Shown here piece after piece: positions 54,589-64,000 of a stretch of 64,000 bases of DNA. The translations under genes and the position numbers were made by a program. Positions within the stretch are counted from its first letter, which is position 1. The number at the start of each line of letters is the position of its first letter. The notes under the pieces are model-generated. The model ran no database searches, was not told where the DNA came from, and was given only the letters and a program-made list of their open reading frames with translations. The DNA is from Chrysomallon squamiferum (taxonomy: Eukaryota > Animalia > Mollusca), in the NCBI GenBank assembly GCA_012295275.1, contig CM022679.1, positions 5,766,001 to 5,830,000 on the forward strand. The letters are read 5' to 3'.

Positions 54589-55651
54589 TGGTTGGAGAGC
54601 AGACACAAAACCAGATGGAAACTGAATGAAAGAAATACAGATGGCACATAAAGAAACCAAAAATTAATGAATATAGTGATAAAGATAGACAGATAGATAG
54701 AGAGAAACAAAGACAGAAAGAGAGACAATGAGACAGAAAAAAGAGAGGAAGAAACAGAGAGGGACAGAAAGAAGAAAGAGATGCTAAGGACTGATAGATG
54801 ACACAAAAGCAAATCAAGAAAGAAAGAAAATTAAAAAAAAGAAGGGAGAGTGATCAGATGATGTATTTCAATACTGAAACAGTTTGTTTGTTAGAAGCTA
54901 AGCAAGAAAAAACAGTGTTTTAATATGTGATCAAGTGTATCTGTGTGAATAAGTGCACGTCCATGTAATGAGGAGATTAAATGTTTTGACTAGATATGTC
55001 TGTAAGTGAGAATCTGAGAGTAAAATAGAATGTTCCAGTCTCTGTGTTAACAGTTGTTTGTTATTATTTGAGCTAGAAGATAATAATCAGTGATCTTGGT
55101 TTTCATACAAGGAATACACTCTGTTCTGCACATTCTCTCTCTCTGTGTCTGTGTGTGTGCACTTGTGTGTCTGTGTCTGTCCTTGGTAAGAGTTTGGTAA
55201 AACAAAATGAATAACTGAAAAACAGACACACAAATAAAAAAATTAAATAAATAAATAAATAAATAATAACAATAGTAACAATAACAATGATAATAATAAT
55301 AATAACAATAACAACAACAATACTAACTACAACAACAACAACAATAATAATAAATAATATGGACCTAATTATTCCAGTTTACACAAACATTCTGTTTTAC
55401 TGTTTTACTGATTTACTGTTTATTGTATATTGTGTTTCACTGATATGTTCTACTTCATATTCCCTGGCATGTCACATTGTGTGTTTCACTGACTGCATGT
55501 TCCACTGATGTGACATCACAGTATCTCAGAGACAAACAGCAGATTGTCTCACACACTTTTTGTCTTGTCTCTTCTCCACACTGAATTTATTTCCTTGTGA
55601 AGGCAGTAATCTTTAAGGCAAGTTCATGTTTCTGGTGGTAGTGTTGTATGT

Positions 55652-55712
55652 GTTTATTTATTTGTAAGAGTTTTGATTTATGTTTGTTGTAACTGTTACA
55701 TTATTTTGAATG
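55652..55712 (+). repeat. Segment of about 60 bp duplicated at 59382-59440
   Basis: ttatttgtaag(a/g)gttttgatttatgtttgtt...acattattttgaatg occurs in both places. Confidence 0.8.
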
Positions 55713-57029
55713 AGTGTGTGTGTGTGTGTGTGTGTGTGTTTTTTTTGTGTATGTGTGTATGCATATGTTTAATTTTGTAGGTGTGTATGTAATTTTGTGA
55801 AGGAGAGTGTGGGAGAGACTGAAAAAGAAGATAGAAATAAAAAGAAACAACTTGTGAGAGAGAGAAGGAATGAAATAGTGAGTAGGAGAAAGTGAAAGAG
55901 AAAGTAAATGAGTGAGAGAAAGTGTGTGTGAGAGAGAGAAAGATGTGATGTGCTTGAAATTCATTTATATAATGTGTCTTGTGTATATTTAACACTAATG
56001 AGAATTTTCTATAGATTTTATTTTGTGTGTCTGTAAATTTGTGTTTTGGGATGTTTGTGTTATGTGAAACAGTATTGTCGGTTAATGTGTTTAGAGGTTT
56101 AAAAAGTGATGTTAATGTCTGTGAGCATTTATTAGTATGTACGTTTGTATATATGTTTGTATGTGTATGTGTGTTTGTGTCTGTATGTAAGTGTATTTGT
56201 GTGTATGTGTATTTGTATGTGTATGTGTGTTTGTGTCTGTATGTAAGTGTAAATTGTGTGTATGTATGTGTCTGTGTTTATGTGTGCATGTCTGTGTATA
56301 TTTTTACATCATGTAACTACTGTGTGTTTGATGAAGTGTAGAGCACGTGTTGTATTATCAATAACAGATGTTTTGTTGTAATCAATGAACACACACTCAT
56401 CTGTATGATCTGCTCTGTCAGCTACATAAAAATACTTGTAACATTTTCACTTTATAAAAAAAAAACATTCCAATGTAAGTACAAGAGTTCATGGTGGGAT
56501 GTCATTTATAGATTCAGTTTGAAAATGTATTAAATATATCTCTGTGGATGAAAGTGGAAGCAGAAATAGAGAGCTGTGCTATTTATAAATCAACTGATGT
56601 TTTATAGAAATTTATTTCAGTATATTGATAAAGTGTAGGAAGATAAAAAAAAAAAAATTGACTTATTGTTGGTAATGTTTGGTACATGTGAAGATATCTA
56701 GAATATAATCTAAAAATGGAGGCCAATTTAAAAGTTCACACCATTTTTATAGTGAACTGAAGATTTGCAGAAATTTCTTGTATTACTGACATCATATATG
56801 ATGATAAAAATGTTTTGATATAAATAAAAATGAAACTGATACAAAATCTTTACACTAAACTGGAGATTTGTAGAAGTTTATTTTTATTTACTGACATTGT
56901 ACAGTCTTGAATTATGCTGTGTAATCTATTTTTTTCTAGTCCTCTTTTTATTATAAAATGTAAGCTCTTTATTCTGAATCAGTAATATAGCTACAAACCT
57001 AAAACAGATACCCACATAAACACCTACAG

Positions 57030-57065
<36 letters not shown>

Positions 57066-57484
57066 AAAATGACAAACATACATAAACATGCACAAGTACA
57101 CACAAACATGCACACAAATTTAAACAAAAGCACTATTCATCTGAAATATATAACACTGCAAATACGTTTTACGTTTTGTATGAGTAATCTCTGTTGATAA
57201 AATTATGTTTTTCATTCCTGATTTGAGAAACAAACAGTATAAGTCAATAAACACAACACAAACACTAACATTACATAACCAGTGTTCAAACACTGTGGTG
57301 TTCAACAGTAGTGACCAGAGTGAGATATTGTATTGTACATCATTAGCTTGATTTGAGTATTTGAATGTTTCCAGTTATAACCAGTGTTCTACATGTTTAT
57401 CCAAGTTCAGCTAGATTTGAATGTGTGTCTGTTTGTCCAGTTCTAACAGGTACTTTATAACAGTTCTACAAACACACACACAAA

Positions 57485-57531
<47 letters not shown>

Positions 57532-57823
57532 TTGACAATCATCAGCCATTAGTAATAGAATGTTGCTTAATATTAATATTCATTCTTTCTTTCTTTTTTC
57601 ATTTATTCATTCTTTCATTCATCTTTTCATCTTCTCATTTATTTCTCTTAGCAAATCACATCATAATCCTGCCATTACACAAAAGACAACTAAAAAAACC
57701 CACCAATACAACTGAATTTTATTATTACATATTTTTATGGCCCCACAGGATATGTATTTAACACTGTAATTTTCATTTAACATTGATTTATTAATCAGTT
57801 GCATTGCAGCAGCTACAGCAGCA

Positions 57824-58095
57824 GCTTATAATAACCATTCCAGAATAATACATTTTGCTACAAGATAACACATCAAGAGAATCTGAAGCCATAAAAACAA
57901 ATACTTCCTTGATTAGAAATGTGCAAAGTTCTTGAGCTGAACGCATTAGAAAACAGAGGTAAATGGATACCATTTTGAACATTAAGTGATAAACTAACTG
58001 ATAACCGATAAATTAAATAACAAAAAAACAAAAAAAAATCCTAGTTAGTTTCTATTATACTTTTCTATATGGTCTGACTTTTAGGACACCCTGTA
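57824..58095 (+). mobile_element. 3' remnant of a Tc1/mariner-superfamily DNA transposon (pseudogenised transposase C-terminus plus right TIR)
   Basis: The disrupted frame reads LQDNTSRESEAIKTNTSLIRNVQSS*AERIRK, then after a frameshift EVNGYHFEH* (57956-57985), matching the typical ...RLxxCIExNGxHFEH(LL) C-terminus. About 90 bp later comes gtctgacttttaggacaccctg+TA (58072-58095), the reverse complement of a TA-CAGGGTGTCC-type TIR. Confidence 0.75.
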
Positions 58096-58266
58096 TATAT
58101 ATATATATATCCCTATTTTTCATAAAAAAAAAAAAATCTGATTGGTGGATAGAGTCTTCAGTTTCGACAACAATATGCAAGCTTACCCTTCCATACACAG
58201 AGCAGAGTGATGCATGAAGATGTTTGTAAAATTTTTATCTGCCTCACATACTTGGTGACACTGTTT

Positions 58267-58440
58267 ACGGTTCACATGCGTGAAAGGGCTGCGTGTGTTC
58301 CAAGGAGTTTTGAAAGTCACCCCCTTTACCTGCGACGAGTTTCTTTTCAGTTTACAGCTCGACTGCTTCTCGGTAAAGACGTAGAACGCAAGAGGTCGTT
58401 AAACTGATTATGAGGTAGGCATTTTGTAACAGACTTATAT
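58267..58440 (-). promoter_or_regulatory. Candidate TATA+Inr promoter and 76-nt non-coding first exon (minus strand, about 58405 to 58330)
   Basis: 10 CpGs within 58267-58398; minus-strand TCAGTT Inr at 58407-58402; TATAAG about 30 nt upstream (58439-58434); CAG|gtaaag donor at 58329. A competing plus-strand reading exists (see findings). Confidence 0.4.
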
Positions 58441-60737
58441 GTTATATATGTAATATATGCTTGTGTGTATGTGTATAAATATATATAAATAAAAAAAACA
58501 ACAATAAAACACTATGAAAAATAAATATGGAAACCCTTACTTTTTTAATAGATTTTGTATGTTTATAACCAAGAGAGATAAAATCTGATAATAATAATAA
58601 TAATAATAAAACTTCAGAAAGTGGAATATAAATAAATAGTTTTATTAAATAACAAACAAATAAATAAGGTAATAATGATTCTTTTAAGAGATAAAAATTT
58701 TGTAGTTTATTTAATTTTATGTACTGTTTATCTTATTTTATGCAAAATAATTTAATTTTTAATTTTTATTTTTTTTTAATTACTTTATTTTACCTTCTTT
58801 TATGTAATTCATTTTAAGTTAATTTAATTTATTTTGTTTTGTTTACAAGTACTAAAGAAAAATAGAAATGTTTTAACACTTTATTTTTTTTCATTCGTTA
58901 AACTATTCTTCCATGTTTTGAAGATTGTCCTGTAACAGGTTTTAAGAAAACATAAAAAACAAAACAAGAGTAATGAAATATTTAAATGACCTTTCACAGG
59001 TGTTAAACAGATAATAATTTGGTTAACTCAGAAAAAACAATTCCTTGAGTCATGTTAATTTAACAAGTTTTGATATTCGTTTACATCAGCGTCCCACCAT
59101 TAAGATAAATGTGATGTTACATTCAAGTCTTTTTTTTTTTTAAAGTCAGTGCACTCTCAGGAGTTACGTTTATGTACATATGTGAAGGTGGGAGGTTGGG
59201 ATAGGGTGAGGGTGAAAATAGGGGGTTGATATGTAGAGGCTTGATCAGTGGTTGTTTGTATAGTGTGTGTGTGAATCTATATGAGTAAGGGAGGGAAGGA
59301 GAGAAAGAAACAGAGAGAGAGACAGAAGAGTAAATGAGAGTGAGAGAAAGTGAACGAGAAAGAAAAAGAGAGACAAAATATGTGTTTATTTATTTGTAAG
59401 GGTTTTGATTTATGTTTGTTTTCACATTATTTTGAATGTACGTGAGTTGAGAGGAATTTGTTATAATTATGTTTATGGATGAATGGGTAAGGACATGTTC
59501 TTTTTGCTGCATGCTTGTGTATATTTTTATCTGTACAAATAGGTGGGTAAGTAGTGATTTGTGTTCTTTTGTGGGGTTTTTATATAAATATCTATATAAT
59601 CTGGTAAGAGCAAATGAAAATGTGTGTATGTGTGTTTGTGTATGTCTTTGTGTGTGTTTGTACATATGTATTTCTGTGTGGTTATTTGTGTGTTAAGTAC
59701 ATGTATCATGGATATCAGTCATCATGTAAAATCCATGTGCATTTAATTTATTAAATTATAAGCTCGTCGGAATAGGAAATTAGTTCCATTAAAGTTTCTT
59801 TAAATTTGAAAAAAACAAAAAACAAGACACTTCTCAGAATAGTTTTTGGGGTCAATAATTCAATATTAATATTAAAAAAAACACTTTAAATTTGAAAAAA
59901 CAACAAACAAAATATCTCTCTGAATAAATTTGGAGTTCATTAATACAATAATAACAATGAAAAAAGTTATCTAATGCCATTATCATTAACACCCTACTGG
60001 AATTTTGAACATTGTTAGTAAAGTGAGTAGAAATTTTCAGTCTGTAGTAATTTTGTATCCAGTAATTATTTTTATATTTTTCCACATTATATATACCATG
60101 TGTGTTTTGCAAATGCAATTGATCTTCTTCTTCTTCTTGTACTAACCATAGTAGTAGTAGCAATTGTAGTAATGGTAGACATAGTAGTTTTTGTTCATTT
60201 TCTTCTTCACTTTGTTAGTAGTAGCAGTAATAACAGTAAAAATATCAATAGTAATAGTAATCTTAATCTGTAAGAGTTGTAGTAACAGAAATACTATAAT
60301 GTTTGTGTTGTTGTTGTTGTTGTTTTATTCAGTTCTGTTTATTGTTTTACATTCTGGCTTTACTTGTTAGAAACTAGATTTACTAAGAATTTTATATATA
60401 TGTTCACTTTTAAATATTATCATCATCATCATCATCATCATCATTAGTGGTGGTGGTGGTGCTTCGAGCAGTACTAGTAATAGCAACAACAGCAATGGTG
60501 ATGATCTATAACTATTAATCAGTGAATCATTAGCTTCAATTCATAGTCAAATTATAATTAAAAATGACCTCACTTAATGAAATCTATTTTAAAAAGTTTG
60601 ACAGAATTGTTTTTCTGAACAAATCTTTATTGTTTCTTCTCCAGTTTCCATTTTATTTTTTTTATTATAAATTAGCTTAATCAGCATGGTTAGCTTTTTC
60701 TCTCTTTTCTGCTCTTTCTTCCCTTTGTGTCTTTTTT

Positions 60738-60780
<43 letters not shown>

Positions 60781-60941
60781 CCTTTTTTTTCTTAGGAAAT
60801 TATTTTCTTTTTTTAAATATCTTTGTGTTGATGTTTCTGGTAGTTTAGTGATATGAAGCTGTCAGTAAAGAATATAGATGCCAGGAGGCAGACGGCAAAT
60901 TAGGTACAGGGGGAGATGGAAGGAGAGTACACTGTCAGAAA

Positions 60942-61290
<349 letters not shown>

Positions 61291-61303
61291 AAGACATGGG
61301 GTA

Positions 61304-61337
61304 ATGATTAAGCTTGGAGAAAGTGAACTTTGGAGAG
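61304..61337 (+). CDS. Weak candidate exon end MIKLGESELWR, phase 1
   Basis: Perfect donor GAG|gtgagt at 61338; ATG at 61304; no clear acceptor. Confidence 0.2.
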
Positions 61338-62557
61338 GTGAGTATTAGAGAATCACAGACATTGTGTCTAGACTACTTTTTTATATTCTGTAAATAAATG
61401 AAGTGAGGAAAGAAAACTATAAATCTTTAAAGAATTGGAGAAAGAAAGACAGAAAGGAAAAAGGTAAAAAAAAGGAACACCAAATATACACTAACATTTG
61501 TTTCCAGACTGATAGTTTTATTTCAGTTTAGATATTTTATTTTGAAATATTTGTAAATTACTTACCTAAATTAAAGTATTAAATTAAATTATTTTATTTA
61601 TTTATTTTTTATACCATTTAAAATATTTCATTATTTCCAATGCATTAAAATATTAAGATAAAATTTCTCTAAATTCAGATACATGACACAGAGTTTAATA
61701 GTTGCATTAATAATCAAATTACAAGCTATTTTTCTAAATTTCTTTTAAAACTAACATTTAAAAAAAAAAAAAAAAAAAAAAAATCCTATAAAAAACTCAT
61801 CTCGTGTTCATAATCTATATTAGCAGGAACAGTTTGCACTCAAAGCTTTATTTGTAAACTTACTCAAACTTTATTGCTATTAAAGATTAGATAGCAGGGT
61901 ATTGCGTAATACAAAAAAAATAAATAATAATAAACCACTGAGGAGTTGATTTACGCAGTTTGTTGAATTACTCTTTTTTTTTTTCTTCATAAAAAATGAC
62001 AACAGTGATAAAATTCTCAACGTAATTTCTCAGAAAGCTTGTTATTAAAAATAAATAAATAAATAAATAAACATACTGAGAACCAAGGGTATGGTTTTTC
62101 ATCATTTGTTACCAGTAAGTGATCATAATTTTAAACTGTATTTAACAAATTAAGTTGGAAACAATGTGGAGCTCAAATGCCAGTGTGTTATAGATATTTG
62201 AATTATTTCAGTTTATGAAATGAATAGCAATACAAAGGGAAATATGACTGTACCTGGAAAAAGTGTTAAACAAACGTTTTAAAATTGTATGTGAAATATT
62301 TACTAATAACATAAAGTTTGTTTGTTGTGTATATATTTGTGTATTCATATATGTACATACATACATATATACATATACACACACACACACAAACACACAC
62401 ACATATATACACATATACATATTTATGTATGTATTATTGAAATGTGTAATATTAAAAGTATCTAATAATGTGTGTCCACTATTTGAGCATTCTAATCATG
62501 AAACTATAACCTGCTCAAGATAGAGATTCGTACATCAAGATGTAGGGACTGCCTCAC

Positions 62558-62647
62558 CTACACTAATCCAATTAATCCTTTTACTAATTCTACTAATCCT
62601 ATTGCACATCCTTTCTTCAGTTATTGTAATCCACCTGTGTCTTGTAC
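62558..62647 (-). CDS. Candidate 90-nt minus-strand exon, TRHRWITITEERMCNRISRISKRINWISV, phase 1 to 1
   Basis: Acceptor ttgattttttttgttcag; donor TAG|gtgagg; length divisible by 3 with one open frame. Confidence 0.25.
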
Positions 62648-62772
62648 CTGAACAAAAAAAATCAATCAACATTATTTTCCTCTTTGTCTCAACAACAACT
62701 AAAATACATTTCCAGTAAGGAAACAATCAAGCCATTTTCCAATATCATGTTGTTGTTTTTTGTTTTGTTTTT

Positions 62773-63072
62773 TTCCCATTCTAACTTACATCAGTTTTTT
62801 TTTTGGTTTTTTTTGTAGACATGCATCAGTATGTCTTACTTCTTTTCTGTTTTTGCTTTTTTCCCATGTTCCCATTCTAACTTACACCAATTTTTCTTGT
62901 GGGTAAGTATGTTTTATCTGTTTGCTTTTTTTTCTTCTTTTTATCCCCATTCTAACTTACATGAGTTTTCTTGTAGATATGTAATCAGTATGTCTTACTT
63001 GTTTTCTTTCTTTTTCTTTTCCTTTTTTTCCATTCTGCCTTACATGAGTTTTTCTTGTAGACATGTCTTACC
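62773..63072. repeat. Four diverged units (cccattctaacttaca...ttgtagacatg...tatgtcttac)
   Basis: Anchors near 62775, 62871, 62946 and 63030. Confidence 0.85.
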
Positions 63073-63833
63073 TGTCAGGTTAATACAGGTGCAAAGAAAA
63101 AGTCGTTGTCACTGATGATGACAGAGTCTTTTGTCATAAACACTTGACTCTGATGTGATGATGTTGCAGTAGCATTAGCCAAACCTGAACTTTTTCTGAC
63201 ACTGCTCAGAACTCTGTCGGTTCATTCATTTGTTCACTCAGTTATCCACTCATTCATTCATTCTTTCTTTCATTTATTCACTCAATTATGACTTGTTTCT
63301 TCTTTCATCCTTTCTATTTATTTCATGGCAATATTTTTAAAATCTTATAGAAAACACACTATAACCCTGCCATGTGCTTGTAGTTTCATTCATTCATTCA
63401 TTCAGTTTTTTCCATCCATTCACTCAGTTTTATTCATTTATTCACTCATTTTTTCTTTCAATCTTTTTCATTTATTTCATAACTGTGTTTCTCTTTACAA
63501 ATCGCACTCTAATCCTGGCATGTACTTTCAGTTTCAGGTACTTTTACTTTCTTCAACTTAATTAGCACACAGAGTGACAAAGTTGTACAGGTATTTTCTT
63601 CACTCACTTCAGAATCTTTCCAGTAAAAAAATCCCATTTAATTATTTTTATTTTTATTTTATTTTTTATTTTGTTTATTAATTATCACTTATAGTTTCAG
63701 AGCACAAACATTACTTGATTAATGTGTACATGTAAATCTCAGTATGTTGTATTACTACAGTACTTTGTTATTAGCTACATTTCATCTCCACACACAAAAA
63801 AAAAAAAGTAAAACAATGATTTGGAATTATTTT

Positions 63834-63990
63834 GATATTCTTTATTATTAGGAAAGAATTGACAGTAGAAAACAAACAAAACAGTACTTGAAATCATGTA
63901 GATATTCTTTATTATTAGGAAAGGGTTTACAGCAACTACTTGAAATTATATATATATTCTTTATTATTAGGAAAGAGTTGTCAGCACAAA
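63834..63990. repeat. Tandem units of about 50-70 bp (atattctttattattaggaaag), 3 copies, possibly running off the window end
   Basis: Anchors near 63835, 63903 and 63954. Confidence 0.85.
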
Positions 63991-64000
63991 CATGGAAGTG

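Noticed and set aside
57791-57982. Minus-strand 63-aa ORF
   Set aside because: It is the antisense shadow of the plus-strand transposase remnant.

Overview
Eukaryotic (metazoan) nuclear DNA: very AT-rich, strongly CpG-depleted, and full of microsatellites ((GT)n, (GA)n, (TA)n, (ATT)n) and old tandem arrays. It contains no prokaryotic genes, operons, CRISPR arrays, rRNA or tRNA genes. Almost all entries in the ORF track are translations of microsatellites. Degraded copies of a tRNA-headed SINE resembling the Meta/MESC family suggest a mollusc, probably a gastropod (inference). Real coding sequence is probably limited to short exons separated by long introns. By reading splice sites I built (i) a phase-consistent 3' end of an unidentified plus-strand gene (7.0-15.2 kb) containing a region that appears to be coding in two frames, (ii) a compact multi-exon minus-strand model at 23.07-23.9 kb encoding a possible single-pass membrane protein, (iii) several scattered plus-strand exon candidates, and (iv) a CpG-rich TATA/Inr promoter candidate at about 58.4 kb beside a Tc1/mariner remnant. 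I recognise no gene by name. All gene models are manual ab initio hypotheses that need RNA-seq or homology confirmation.
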